Source of the DNA: Eledone cirrhosa
Taxonomy: Eukaryota
Reading direction: 5' to 3'
Assembly (NCBI GenBank): GCA_964016885.1
Contig: OZ024753.1
Coordinates: forward strand, 40,486,001-40,550,000
DNA length: 64,000 nucleotides
Shown here: positions 28,672 to 42,735 of the stretch, one piece after another
Numbering within the stretch: the stretch's first letter is position 1
Layout: the number at the start of each line of letters is the position of its first letter
Translations under genes and position numbers: made by a program
The notes under the pieces: generated by a model
What the model saw: only the letters and a program-made list of their open reading frames with translations
The model's database searches: none
Told to the model about the DNA's origin: nothing

Positions 28672-28963
28672 GAAAGTGTGTGGTTAGGGTATACGGCTCA
28701 CAATCGTAAGAGCATGAGTTCGATTCCCGGCGGCGCATTGTGTCCTTGAGCAAGACACTTTATTTCACATTGCTCCAGTCAACTCAGCTGGCAAAAATGA
28801 GTTGTACCTGTAATTCGAAAGACCAGCCTTGTCACACACAGTATCACACTGAATCTCCCTGAGAACTAGGTAAAGGTTACGCGTCTCTGTGGAGTGCTCA
28901 GCCACTCGCACGTTGATTTCACGCGTAGGCTGTTCCGTCGATGGTATCATACTGGAACCCTCG
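28672..28963 (+). mobile_element. tRNA-derived CORE-like SINE
   Basis: B-box GAGTTCGATTCC followed by CORE-like tgtgtccttgagcaagacactt; degenerate relative at ~52075-52340. Confidence 0.7.
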
Positions 28964-29305
28964 ATATATATATATGTATATATATGTATATATATATATA
29001 TATATATATGTAGATAAATCTACCAAGAGTTTACGGTAGTGTCCAATCCGTATGAAGAACTCAATGTATTCCGGATATCATGGAAAGAAGAGATGCAATG
29101 AAAAATCACTTTCGGTGAAAGATAAACGGAATACAGAGTCAAGATAAAATATTAATATATATATATAAAGGTTAAACAAGATTCAATGAATAAAACAAAG
29201 AATGAGTTTTACAATAGATTGGAAGCACTCAACAAGAATGGTTTTCCGGAGTTACTAATATTAATTCAAAATATTAACAAAAGTAGACATTCGTGTGATC
29301 AAGTA

Positions 29306-29372
29306 TATTTTATTATACATATTTCAGAGGTTCTTAGTTAACTTCAACCATACGTCCTCATCAGATAAAATA
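29306..29372 (-). ncRNA. Type I hammerhead ribozyme, left arm of 329-bp palindrome
   Basis: Mirror copy of 29468-29534. Core and stem I intact; distal stem II more degenerate. Confidence 0.65.
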
Positions 29373-29467
29373 AGATGATGCATGACATACCCTGACATAG
29401 TAGATGGTTAAGATTTCATGACCGAATCTTAACCATCTACTATGTCAGGGTATGTCATGCATCATCT

Positions 29468-29534
29468 TATTTTATCTGATGAGGACGTACTGTTGAAGTT
29501 AACTCAGTACCTCTGAAATATGTATAATAAAATA
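29468..29534 (+). ncRNA. Type I hammerhead ribozyme, right arm of 329-bp palindrome
   Basis: TATTTTAT-CTGATGA-GGACGTACTG(ttgaagttaact)CAGTACCTCT-GAAA-TATGTA-TA^ATAAAATA. 8-bp stem I, ~9-bp stem II. Confidence 0.8.
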
Positions 29535-29724
29535 CACTTGATCACACGAATGTCTACTTTTGTTAATATTTTGAATTAATATTATATATATATAGTTAGA
29601 GAAGTTAATTGAGTGGCTGCTATTTGCAGTATAGCAATATAAGGTTGCACTTACCAATGAAACTGTCGTAAATACCTGGATTAAATCCTTCTCTTAATGC
29701 TTACCTGTGTTTTCTCTTTTATAC

Positions 29725-29758
<34 letters not shown>

Positions 29759-29816
29759 TTACTAGACCATATTTTAAATTACATACAAGCACACAATCAC
29801 AGAGTTTTAGTAATAG

Positions 29817-29868
<52 letters not shown>

Positions 29869-31395
29869 TGCTGCTGGATCTGAAGATGATTATAGAGAAG
29901 AAGAAGAAGAAGAAGAAGAATGCGGGTTTGTACAACATTGCCTCAGCGGTTGTGCTGCTGTTGTTGCTGCTACTATTGCTGCACTGCTGTCAGCGCTGCT
30001 ACATAGGCTGTAGCTGTTCCTGCTGCTGTTGATACTGTTGTTACTGCTGTTGTTGTTATTGTTATTACTGCTGTTGTTATTGTTGTTATTTCTACTGTTG
30101 TTATTGTTGTTGTTGTTGCTGTTGTTTGTTATACAGTCAACATGAGATCCCATGTATTTCCCAACCCCACCCCACCCCACCACAAAACTGATTTCTTTGT
30201 TTTTAATGAAACACACGTGCAATACAGGTGTATCGCTAAGTAGAGCTGGGGTGGTGGTGATGGTGGTGATGATGATGGTGCTAGTGATGGTGGTGTTGGT
30301 GATGGTGGCGGTGTTGGTGGTGATGGTGGTGATGATGATGGTGATGGTGACGGTGGTACTAGTTGTTATAGTGGTGAGGGTGTTGATGCTGGTGCTGATT
30401 GTGTTAGTGCTGGTGATGGTGGCGGTGGTGCTGGATGTTCTAGTGGTGATGGGTTGTGTTAGTGGTGGTGGTGATGGTTATGCTAGTGGTGGTGTTACTG
30501 GTGTTGATGCTAGTCGTGGTGTTGTTGGTGGTGTTGCTGGTGGCGGTGAAAATATTGTTGCTATAAGTACAGGCCAGTAGTGTTGTTGGCGGCACTGTTT
30601 GTGTTAGTCGTTGTTGTATTAGCTTTAGTTGCTGTATGTTACCAGTGGTGTTGGTAGCAGTAGTACAATTATCAGGGGTTCGATGTTGCTGGTATTGTTG
30701 TTGTTATAAGAGATGCAGGGTATCCAAGGCCCACTGGTAAATGTAGTTCCACAACATGACAAAACACTAAATACTTCGTTGTTTCTGAATACTTTTTTTC
30801 TGAATTTCCGACGAACGCTTAAACTACTTATTTGCTATTAGCCGACTTACCTTTATTGGGAATATTATGGCTACGTCTCCGGGTAGGGACTACGAATACC
30901 CTCCTCTTTTAACTTCTCCAGATTCTGAGGCCTTTCGTTATTGTCCTGAACACTTCAAAATCTTAGGCACTGTATTAGCGAAATCATTAATTCTTCCGCT
31001 GAAAGCCCTTGCGGCATTTATTCAGGCTTCTGACTTTCTGAATTGAAATCCCACTTCCAATTTGAAAATATTTTCTTTTCCCACCCCACACCTGGTTCGG
31101 AATGTTTTCTGAAAAAATGGTCATGCCCGCTACCCTCTAACCAGAGTAAGTAATAAAACAAGAAAGAAGATAGGAAACGAACCCATTGACAGCTCGGATC
31201 CTGCAAAAGTATTTCCTTTGGTCTTTCCACTGCAGATACTATCTTCAGGTTAAATATTCTGGCAAGAAAATAACAATACTACGACTAAGTAAGAACCCCT
31301 CCTCCCACCGAAAAATCTCATCAAAGATGAAATTAATTGCTGTAAAATTAATTTCTTTATAATGTCTCACATAAAGGTACTCTTTACGACCCAAG

Positions 31396-31600
31396 TGAAG
31401 GCGTATGGCTAAGTGGTAAGAGAATTGGATTCACAATCTTGAGGTTGTGATTTCGTTTCCTGGACTGGGCGATGCGTTATGTCCTTGAGCAAGACACTAT
31501 ATTTCACGTTGCTTCTTCTCCCTGGAGTTGCCACCGATAGATAGTAGTAGCAATAGGAAAGACCAACGGAAACATTGTTTCCTCGGTCCGATTTGACGAA
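31396..31600 (+). mobile_element. CORE-like SINE, different 3' tail
   Basis: tRNA head plus gtccttgagcaagacactatatttcacgttgc; homologue at 51010-51205 (-). Confidence 0.7.
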
Positions 31601-31980
31601 AGTCGACCGACTACATTACAACCCCCCAAAAACAGGCAACAGAAAGTGACATTTGATGATAAGATATGTATGTTAATCTTAATTCCCATGTGAACTTAAT
31701 GACAACGGAAGAATCTGAGATAAGTTAATTGTATTGTCAATAATTAGTATTAAGTTAGCTTTTACTACACAAGTTACGCATCTAATATACACCTGAATAT
31801 GTGTTTATTTGCAGCTGCAAATTTTTGACAAGCTACGAGAATTCCAAATATGAGCGGGCACTTGATTGACAGGTTATGTACCAGTTTTATTTTTAAGGAT
31901 TGCACCGTATTCGTATGTAAATATTTTTGTTTTTCAGCTTTCTCATCAATCTACATTCTCTCTCTCTCTCACTCCCTCTA

Positions 31981-32064
<84 letters not shown>

Positions 32065-33847
32065 CTATGTTGCTGCTACAATCTCTTGATCAAAGATTTT
32101 TGTACATGAAGAATTATATATATATATATATAATACTTGGACAATTTGTGAAGCCATCGTTACGTTTATTGAAGGCTTAACAAATCGTCCTTGCATTATT
32201 ATATTACTCTGTCTAGCTCTACACCTCGCCACTGACGTGAACCTAAACATCGAGTGCTCACCTGGGTGAACCTACAGTAACATCATGTTACACCCCCTGG
32301 ATATATATATATATATATATATATATGAAACCAATAAGACAGTGTTTTAGAATCTGTGTTTGTCTTGTCATTTCTTAAATATAACTAAACATGTATACAT
32401 TTATTCCATGTACTGTGCCGTTTGTTTTGTTATTTTTGCTATTACTTTTACACACTCACATATGAATGAGTTTTTGTGTCGTAGAAAACAAAGAACAATT
32501 TGGGGAGAAGATTTAAAGATAGATACAGACTACATAAGTGTAAGTCGGTAGATCTATATTATTGCCAAATTTCAACGAATGTCCTTTAGGCGACAATACA
32601 TATTCTTCTCATTGTCCTAAGTAGGGATAACCAGTACATGTACAGCAGATGTTACTTCCGCTGTATTTTCTTATATAGATCAGGCATTCAATTCAGAGTT
32701 GTGTTGCAAGAACATACGATTACTGTTGCTGTGTTTGAGCACCAAATGAACTCTAATAATGAGAGAAATTAGTGTCAAGCGTGTTACAGTCGTGATAATA
32801 ACGTTTATTTTCAGCCATTGTTTATCTAGGCTTTCTTTATTAAACATAACCTTGTTTTTGCTATTATTTTTAATAGATCGAGTGAATAAAACATAGGGCA
32901 TCTTTAACTAACATATGTAGAGTATTGCGGGTTATCATTAAAATCTGTATTTTTGTAACATTTCTAATACTTTATGTATATATGTATGGTACTGTAACAT
33001 CCTTCTGGGGTAATGGTATTGACATACGGCGTTTCTTGGACATTTTGTAAAGATGGCGGAGCCCATCTCCTCTCCAGGTCTGAATACAGCAGATTTATTC
33101 CACAGAAGGGTAGATAGCTAGAAAGAGAAAGAGGATGAATCAAACCCAGTATCAGATTGTTACTTTTTTTTTATCGACCTCGAAGGGATGAAAGGCAGAG
33201 TTGACCTTGGTAAAATTTGAACTGAGAGAACAGTGAGCTAAACCGAACACCGCTAAGTATTCTACCAGACGTTCTAACGATTCTGCCAATTCTCCGCCTT
33301 CTCAATCTGACACGCATTCAATTTTCAGTCCTCCTATTCTCTTTGTATTTCTTTCTAAGTTTAAAAAGTCTTCCAGGTAAAAATGTTCAGCAACTTGGAC
33401 TAAAACTTATGTTACCCGCCGTCTTGGTCTCTATGGGGTTCTTAACTAAAATATCTGGATAGTTTAGTTATTTCAATGCCAGTCTGTACGAGCAAGTCTC
33501 CGAATATTTGAAAGAAATCTTCATTTCCAGGTAGTATCTATGCCGTATGTTTTCACCACCTGTTTTATGTGTTTATTTTATAGCATTCAAGCAGTTTCAA
33601 ACGGATATATCTACCCACATATGGTTGTTATTTTTTAAGTCAGGATCAGCGATTTCTATGATCAAAGGCATTTGCTTTGTGGACACTCCATACTTTGCCA
33701 AGCTGTATAAATCCAAAACTGCATAATCTACCGTGTACTCTGTCGCTTGAGATAGTATACTCTGGTTTGATAGAGATTCCTTGCTATTTCTTGCAGTTTA
33801 ACCGTCATGGTACTGACTCCCTCGCTGCCTAGTTATGCAGTATATGT

Positions 33848-34034
33848 CAGACCTGCCAACCTCTAAAAATCCAAACGGGGTGTACCATGAAAAAAAGTGC
33901 CCCAAAACGGGGAGAAATGAGGCAAAATGGGATGATTTCTCCCCGTTTTGGAGCACTTTTTTTTCAAAAGAGAAAACATCTGTCACCCACCCCAAAGTTT
34001 GTGGGAGATCGGACGGGGAGAGTTGGCAGGTCTG
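33848..34034 (+). mobile_element. MITE with CAGACCTGCCAAC TIRs (hAT-like)
   Basis: 15-bp near-perfect TIRs; homologues at 34844-35028 (inverted) and 2510-2945. Confidence 0.8.
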
Positions 34035-34843
34035 ATATGTTGATAATGTCCTTTTAGTCTTAGATTGATAAGGGACTTACACCATAATTTCATGTGTAAA
34101 AGGCTGATTAATATACCGATGTAAGTGTCATATAAATGATTCTTTATATGTATCCACAAAATACAGATTGCTTCAAATTTAGACATTTGAATTTCAAGGA
34201 CAACCCATCTAGTAGGGTACCTGCATAGTTTTCACGTACCCAATTTTATTTTTAGTCTTTTAGCCTTAGGTTTACATGGGGCTATGACAAAATAAACTTG
34301 GCCTTGATACTACTGAGTGGTCACAGGATCACATTAGTGCAATGCAGATTTTCTAAACACCTAGTAATGAATATATATTTTGTAAACAGTCGACATGTTA
34401 TTATCGTCATAATAACTTTATTTTTGTTGTTTGTTTGTTTCTATCTAATCTCTATGAATCATCACACAGTTACCAATTATATTAAAATTATAGCTACTGA
34501 CTGCGAGGGGAAATATAATACCATTATATTACCCCTCGAATCATGTTTCCACCAGTTTTATGCAAGTTTCAGTTACGTAAAAATGTAGCACTCTAGTGCT
34601 GCATAAAAAATTACATTTTGGGAGTGTTGAGATGTTTGTATGTTTCATCAGTGTTGTTTGTTTTGTGTGTTTATTTCTTGCCCTTGGTATTTAAATCATT
34701 TGTTTATAGAACATCTCTGCTACATTTTGTTAGGTTTTTGTGTGAGTTGTGTATTAATATTGTGTGAAAATGGCCTGGAATGAGACGTGAATAACCGTTG
34801 TGGAATCTTAAGGGTTGTGAAAATGTAGTGTCTATGTGGTCAG

Positions 34844-35028
34844 CAGACCTGTCAACTCTCTCCGTTGGACGAGGAGATCTCCCACCCACTTTGGAGGGAG
34901 TAAGAGATGTCTTCTCTTGTGAAAATGGGTATAGCTTTCATTATGTAAACTCTCCCAATTTCTCCCCGTTTTCGGGCACTTCCTTTCATGGTACTCCTCG
35001 TTTAGGTTTTTAGAGGTTGGCAGGTCTG
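34844..35028 (-). mobile_element. MITE, CAGACCTGCCAAC family
   Basis: Reverse-complement homologue of 33848-34034. Confidence 0.8.
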
Positions 35029-35881
35029 GTGTTATAGTATTGTGTGACAATAGCGTAGAATGAGATGTCTATAAGCGTATGGCTTGTGGTATTTTGTTAA
35101 TTTATGAAAATGTAGTGTCTATGTGGACTGTGCTATATTATGTGGGGTGAGATCGTTGGGTATATGTTGTGTTGGGAGTGTTAGTTCATTTATAAACCAA
35201 TTATAGAATATGTATGACTTCATATTTGGGAAAATAACAATTAAGATTCGTTATTTACATTGTTTTCAACACCTGAACCAGTTATAGAAATGCTTAATGG
35301 AGATGATAAAATAAATATGAGGTTTAACTGACATAATTTGGTTGAGCAATCAAGAGGAAAATCTCTGAATGTTTCTAGATTTTTGTTCTTGAGTTTTTTA
35401 ATTATTTGACTACAGAAGTAAAACCTACGTCATTATTTACCCGCTCTATAGTATTATGTGTGTATGGATCCATAACCCGAGTGGAGAGAATCGCCTTTCC
35501 AGGTAGGAACACAGTGCTATAGAGAGGAAGAATCGATTTTAATACTGGAATCGTATTTTTCTCATCGATCTCGAAAGGATGAAAGGCGAAGTTGTAACGG
35601 CCAGGATTTGATCTCAGAGCTCAGAAAACCAGAACGAACACCGCAAAGCATTCTGTTCAAAGTTTTAAGGACTCTGCCAATTCGCCATTCTGTAGTATTC
35701 AAATATAAAAAAAAACAAAACATATTTTCAAAAAACATTGTGATAGTTGGAAATGAGGTTAATTGATATTCTCATTACGAAGGAGCGCTAGCCATACATT
35801 TCTGTCATAAAACAATGTATTGTTTTCACCGTTTAGTGAGGGGGAAGGAAATTGCTCATAAACATTTTGAAGGACTAAAAT

Positions 35882-36100
35882 AATTGTTTCTACTTTTGGC
35901 ACAAGGCCAGCAATTACCCCAGTCCATTACTGGTGATTTATTTTATCGACCCCGTAAGGATGAAAGGCAAAGTTAACTCAGAACGCATACCGTTGTAACT
36001 AAAAGCCTGCAAGTAATTTTGTTCAAAGCATAAAAGGCCACAAATGTATGCTGCAAAACATGGTGTTTGATGCTCTACCAATTACTGCCAATCCAGTGCC
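35882..36100 (-). mobile_element. tRNA-derived SINE (chimeric/older head)
   Basis: Reverse complement of tail and body. Confidence 0.7.
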
Positions 36101-36134
36101 CTTTAGAGACTAAAATACTGATAAAAGGAAGGGA

Positions 36135-36275
36135 TTAGAATTTCAAGATTTCATATTCTAAGTAGGTATAAGCCCCGACTTTCTCTTCGTTTCGTTCAAT
36201 TCTGGTATCTAAAGGACTAGTTACATCAATGAAGGTACAGTTAGTTTCCTTCTCAATCACAACAGTATCTTTTGT
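36135..36275 (-). pseudogene. R4/Dong-like non-LTR RLE-domain fragment
   Basis: DTVVIEKETNCTFIDVTSPLDTRIERNEEKVGAYTYLEYEI resembles the (RP)DIVV...IDV..P......EK...Y..L..EI RLE motif. Confidence 0.6.
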
Positions 36276-36708
36276 TTTACTGTCTTTCTTGGTACTTTTG
36301 TTGCTTCTGTTGTTGTTTTTGTTGGTCGTAATTGTATTGTTGTGGTTATTGTTGCTGAAAATTGTCGACGAGGGCGCTGAACACAATGGCTTGCGGTATT
36401 CATTGACGGCTCTTTATATATTCTGTGCACTTATAGAATTGTTTTAGCAATCATGTGGTCGTTGGGACAAATAATCGTAAGTATTCGTATAAAGGATATC
36501 TTACGTTAATTTCTTCTGTCGTTTTATGTTTTGTTTGTTATATATCTAAAATATAGTGACTTTATATGATAGCATTTAGCTTAAGTATTAAAGAAAATAG
36601 GCAAAGATGATGGTAGCTAGTGTATATATATATATATATATATATATTATCAAGATGATGATGAAAGCTAATATATATATAATATATATATATATTATAT
36701 ATATATAT

Positions 36709-36742
<34 letters not shown>

Positions 36743-37134
36743 ACATATATACATACTGACATAGAAAAGAAGCAGGCGAGAGAAACAGCCAGAGACAGAT
36801 AGAGATATGGGGGGGGGGGGGGGGGTGCAGAGTTGGTGATAACAGATGAATAGAAATATATATTTATGCTAATACATGTGTTTGAATAATGAGTGTGTGT
36901 ATGAATATTTATGTTCATAAGCAGTGCGTATGTGGGCGATACCCAGTATATAATATCACTTGTGAAAGTCTCTTAGTAGATAGCTCTTGTTCAAGTAGTA
37001 GCGGAATTATCTGCTAGAGTGTAAGTGAAGCTCAGGAACCCTATATCTCCTTCAGCTTAAATATAATGATGAAAACACAAATGCCATGTGAGCAAACTTC
37101 GTTATCAAGCGCGACATTATGTCTTCTTAACTTA

Positions 37135-37470
37135 GGGCGGTGGATTGGCAGTATCAGTAGAAGGTCGGACGCCATGCTTTGACGCAAAGAGTTACGTCTC
37201 TTTACGATCTGAGTTCAAATCCCGCCGAGGTTAACTTTGCCTTTCATCCTTACGGGGTCGATAAAATAAAGTACCAGTAATGTACTGGTTAATTGCTGGC
37301 CTTGTGCCAAAATGTAGAAACAGTTATTTCAATTGTGGATTGGCAGCATCGGTTTTTCTGAGTTCCAATCCCGCCGAGGTTAACTTTGCCTTTCATCCTT
37401 ACGGGGTCGATAAAATAAAGTACCAGTAATGTACTGTGTAATTGCTGGCCTGTGCCAAACGTAGAAACAA
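37135..37470 (+). mobile_element. SINE dimer with shared TSD
   Basis: A full copy plus an internally deleted copy, flanked by attatgtcttcttaactt. Confidence 0.85.
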
Positions 37471-38489
37471 TTATGTCTTCTTAACTTGATGTATTTCTGC
37501 TTAACATGAAATGGGTACAGATGTTTAAGGGGATGTTGTGGAAGTCTAAGCTAATATGCATGAGATAGGACAGTGGTTCACAAAATAGGTTCCGCAAAGG
37601 AGTGTCTGCGGTTTTGTGAAAAAGGTATAGGAGTGTATTTATATTACGACCATATAAGATGATTAGACTTTGTGGTTCGCCCCAAAGTTTCTGAACCTAA
37701 AAGGGTTCTGCGTTTTAAAAAAAAATGGGAAACTCTGACAAAGAATGAACTCTGCTAAAGGCACCGAAGTGTCATATGACTTGTAATGCTTTCCACATTT
37801 CAAAGAAGAAAACAATTGCAATACATTCTTTTCTGTACTAGCAGAAAACTGACAGTGTTTGTGGACAACATTTCTATAATGGTACAAACAGATCCTATTA
37901 AAATATATAGTCTGGGGAAACTGGTGATGGTGTGTGTTCAGAGCAATTATTCAAAGTATTATATAAAAGATAGCGATAATCACAATTGCTTTGATGTTTG
38001 CTAAATGTAACAATTCGGAGATTTGCCCTACATCTCAAAGTGGAGATGATAAATACAGAGTGAACGGAGATAGATAGATATGTGGATATTAATTTCATCA
38101 AATTCTCTCTTATTAAAGAAAATCATAGTTCACACATCAGTCAGAAATACTGGAGATTCTTTTTTTTAAACTTCAATAACAATTAAAACAATAAAAAGCG
38201 GCAACAACCCATTTTCAGATATTTGCATGTCTTTATTGTGGTTTTTGTACTTTAAAATATAGTTTAGTATGTAAATATGCACATCTATTATGCTGGGATT
38301 TCGAATAGTTATTTTAGTCCTTGAGAAACTGTGAGCAGTTTACACGATCGACTAAACTGAAAATTGGACTGAATGTATATATATAGAGAGAGAGAGGGAG
38401 AAAGATAGATAGATGGATATGTATATATGTCTGTGTTGTTTGTGCTTCTATGTATGTATGTAGATATATATATATATATTTAATATTGA

Positions 38490-38668
38490 ACAGGCTTCTA
38501 CAGGACTAGAACTGTTTCATTCAGGAGAAATCATCGGGTTTCCAGATGATTTCTCCCGAATGAAACAGTTCTAGTCCTGTAGCCTTTTCTGTATTAAATA
38601 TTTATACTCTGCTTTGTATTGAGTACCTTACTTGCTGTGGTTACCCCCGATTGAAACTGGGATGAACT
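38490..38668 (+). mobile_element. Fold-back PLE-like module with degenerate HHRs (GGCTTC family)
   Basis: Inverted repeat of the HHR (CAGATGA on +, CCGATGA on -). The 3' tail (gctttgtattgagtacc...ttgaa) is shared with 17490-17548; (TA)n flanks. Confidence 0.65.
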
Positions 38669-39289
38669 TATATATATATAAATTTAGCGAGAATCGCATT
38701 TCGGCAAGTAGAAATTAGCGAAACGTAACTTCCGTATTGTGTAAACAAGCGCTCCATGGATATGAAGATACCAGAGCTATAAACATAAGTAAAAAAGGTC
38801 ATACAAACTGAGTCGATGGTTAAGAAGCCATTAACCACCAGAGCCCAAAAAGCGAACAAGCTAAAAGGGCCAAACAAAATAAGATATGATTGAAATATAT
38901 AAACAGATAGAGATAGTTAGATAGATGGAGATATATATATGTCTGTGTTGTTTGTACTTGTATATATATATAATGTGTGTGTGTGTATATATATGTGTGT
39001 GTGTGTATATATATAATGTGTGTGTGTGTGTATATATATGTGTGTGTGTGTATATATATATGTGTGTGTGTGTGTATATATGTGTGTGTGTGTGTGTGTA
39101 TATATGTATTTAAGTACGTACGTATTTATGACTGTTTTTCTGTTGTTTATAATTATTTGTTACTCTTATGTATTATGTATATCTATTTATCACATCACAC
39201 GTGGTTGTCTCACTGCAGACTTTCAAACTGATCCTGGTCTTTACTGTGACGTAAAACTGGAGTCGCGAACAAAATAAAAGGAATTGATA

Positions 39290-40000
39290 TAAGGACAATG
39301 GCCGTGAGACAATGAACGAAGTTGAAGGAATAACAATATGTGTAGGGGATTGAAAGACGGTGAATGAAGGATAATAGAGGGTGAGAAGGAAAATGAATGA
39401 TGTTGAATCAATAGCAATGTATGATAAGTCAATGAAGGAGACTAAATGAAGGAGGATATTTGATGAGGGGATGAATGAAGTTGAATAAGTGACAATGTAG
39501 TGTGAGGGAAAGAAAGCAGTTGAATGAAGGAGAATTCTGTATACGAGAGAACAAACGAAGTCGAGTGAATGATAAGTAGTGTAAAGGAATGAAAACTGTT
39601 GAATGAACGAGAATGTTGTATATGATGTGAAGGAGAACTCGACTCAATGAGAAAGTAGTGTAAAGGAATGAAAAATTTTGACTGAAGGAGAATGTTGTAT
39701 AAGATGTGAAGGAGAACTCGACTGAATGAGAAGGTATTTTAAAGGAATGAACACTTTTGACTGACGGAGAATGTTGTATATGATGTGAAGGAGATTTCGA
39801 AGGCAGTATTAAGGAATGAAAACCGTTGAATGAACGAGAATGTTGTATAATATGTGAAGGAGATCTCGACTGAATGACAAGTAGTGTTAATGAATGAAAA
39901 CTTTTTACTGAAGAATAATGTTGTAAACGATGTGAAGGAGATCTCGAATGAATGACAAGGTATTTTAAAGGAATGAAAACTATTGACTGAAGGAGAACAA
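39290..40000. repeat. 79-bp degenerate tandem repeat
   Basis: gaatgttgtata at 39611, 39690, 39769. Confidence 0.85.
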
Positions 40001-41031
40001 TAGAAGAGAACAAAACAATGACGGAAAGATAATTAAGTGAATTACATAAGCAAATGTATAAATAAACATCATACTAGAATAAATGAATATAATACATGTA
40101 CAGATAAATATAATGGAGAGAAAATAGACTAGGATAAAAGAAACAAGATTCACATAATCACTGAGTAAAAATGTTGAAAATATTCCCAGACAATCATATA
40201 CCAACTAACGATCATACATGCTCCTATATACATAGACACTCTCTCTCTCTCTTTCTCTCTTTGTTTGTTTGATTGTTTCTTTCTTTCTCTCTCTCTCCCT
40301 CTCCCTCTCTCTCTCTGTATATATATATATAGATATATAGATATATCGAGTATGGTCATTGCATGATATACCATTATCAATAATTATTAATTAATTCTAT
40401 CGTGCGTGAATATATTTTTTAAAGTGAGGAAAGACTGTGCACTGAGCCAATCCCACTCTCTGAGCGAAAGTAGCTATAACCTGAAAAGAAGAAAAGATCA
40501 ACATCATCGGTAATTACTGAGCCGCAGATGTCGGGGTTATTATATTGCTTTGGAGTGAGCGTAATGGTGGTCAGAAGATTCCTAATGATGTCAATTTTAT
40601 AAGTGCCTGGGCTGGGCAGAGCCAGGAATCTCTTTATAAAGGGAAACGTTCTGCTCCGAAACCCCTTAGAAGTTATCTCTATACAGCAAAACATTTAGTT
40701 AACGAGTATGACATCATAGAAAACTCACGGGTGTTTTGTCGACAGCGATGTTGTATACAGGCAAGGAAAATTAAAACGTTAGACTGCTCTACAATTCTCC
40801 ACATGAGGCAGCCAGCTGCAATGAGGTGTAATCTTTATGACTGCAAACAGATGCAACTTAGCAACACATCTATCCCACGATGTACACATTACACCACTAG
40901 ATACACCACATCACTTTAAAATATATTATATTTCCATCAACCGAACGCATTCTTGGGATTACAAACCGAAGTATTGTTTTTCGTGAAACTGAAAACCACA
41001 GAATTGTAACACCGACTTCCAAACGGTAGAA

Positions 41032-41397
41032 ATAATAGTTTATAACTTTGCCTATTAATCCATATGGTGAGCAAATGGGGTCCCACGTGCTGGCCTCCCT
41101 ACAGCCCCGGCGGACAGGATGGAGAAGGCGTTTCCCCGGAGGATGGTAAGGGAAATGCGCTGGAAGAGCCATACCAACTTGCGAGGCTCACACTTGCGGC
41201 TGGCCAACTCAGCGCCTATGGTGGTGAATAGGGAGGTAGCCCTAGGGCCAAAGACACCAGAGGTCTCCACTGCCAAGGGCACGACCGCGAACCTGTCGGA
41301 GAGCGACCTGTACTTGGAGAGTTTGGCCTCCTCAGCCCGACGTGCAGCAGTACCTGGGTTAGTAGCAGACTGCACCAGGTTGCGGCTGGAGAATGTA
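41032..41397 (-). pseudogene. CRE-clade non-LTR retrotransposon 3' fragment (restriction-like endonuclease end)
   Basis: AARRAEEAKLSKY...VPLAVETSGVFGP...WLFQRISLTILRGNAFSIL matches the C-terminal RLE motifs of CRE elements; stop codon and short 3'UTR present. Confidence 0.8.
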
Positions 41398-41544
41398 TTT
41401 TTATGTTACGGCAACAAAATGTTCTATCACATGCCACGCCGGCTGCATATATAGAAATTTAGTTTGACAAATTTACATCAGTATATCTATTAAGTAAATT
41501 TTAAAGTAGATTCAACTTCATTTATCACCCTGATTAATGTAACA

Positions 41545-42062
41545 TCTAAACTATAATAAAGGAAGGTCTGCGGGACTGCGTACGGTTTATTTTTTTATTA
41601 TCCCGTTAGTAAAATAAGTTTACTTTGAATAAATAATGAATGAATAATTTATCTACTAAATTTCGTAAACAAAAATAATTTCGTAAAAATAAATACTTTA
41701 AAATTGACTTCTTTTCAAAGTTGAACTTCCGGTATATCGTTGCCACCACCACCACCACTTCAACTACCATATATATAGACAGAGAAAGTGTGATGTCAAC
41801 ACTTCCGGTGGCGATCACTTAAATAAACATTCATATATTTCTGTTACTAATTTTCTCCTAATACTGTTTATATATAATATCGTCTTTTTTTAATGTATCA
41901 TGGAGTACGTTACTGATTACATAAGACAGTGTAACAACGTCTTCGTTCAATTTCTGTGTATATTGTTAATTACGATTTTATTTGATGTATCATATCTACA
42001 TGCATATTTACTTGCGTATAATATCAATATACACACTACACATGCTAGCAGAAAACCACCAT
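41545..42062 (+). mobile_element. Non-autonomous Helitron-like element, 3'-truncated copy
   Basis: A|TCTAAACTATAATAAAG start; colinear with 54554-55031 (reverse). A third 5' fragment lies at 53428-53519 (-). Confidence 0.65.
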
Positions 42063-42521
42063 ACGAGTCTTGTACAAATTTGACGACGCCTTCTACATGA
42101 ATAATAGCTATTGTTCTTCCTTATGACGCAACCATTTCTACCATTTTATATATATATATATCTCCTATTTTGTATTAACAGTTGTAGCCTGTCTTACTTG
42201 CTTTCTTTTCAAATTAATACCTAACTACATATAATCACATGATTTTGTTAAATTGCTTTAAAAAGCACAGTGACTACTTGTATTTAGTCCAGGAATGTTG
42301 ATTTACAAAAATTGTTGCACTGAAACATTTTCAATTGTTCAAGGCAAGCTTCAATAAAATGCTTTCAAAATTAGATAAACTAATATAAATTCTCTTCTTC
42401 TCCTCTTCTTCTTCGCCCACTTATTCCTGAGAGAGTTGTAGGGGTAGAGTCCTCAAAAACTCCTTCAAACGGGTCCTGTCAAAGACGCAACCGTCTCCAA
42501 CTGATATATATATATATATAT

Positions 42522-42735
42522 CTTTTTAAATTTGTTTCCTTCCCTTTATATCCCCCACCCCTTTTAATGTCTTTCCACCACTCTCCCTCACACCCTCGGA
42601 ACTCTTTTCCTTCCCACCTTTCTCCTAATGAAGGGCTTATGCCCGAAACATCGTCCCCCACCCCCACTCTCAAGCGTGAACCTAATACTAACACTGTTTG
42701 TACTACACTCTTCGTTATTGTTTTTGTTTTAACTT

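Larger units (their letters stand above)
29256..29584. repeat. Near-perfect 329-bp palindrome (160-bp arms, 9-nt loop)
   Basis: 29256-29415 is the reverse complement of 29425-29584 with few mismatches. Confidence 0.95.

Noticed and set aside
40419-40919. Overlapping ORFs; - strand acceptor-like ttcttttcag followed by GYSYFRSESGIGSVHSLSSL*
   Set aside because: No recognisable family and no partner exons. A terminal exon cannot be excluded without RNA-seq or tBLASTx.
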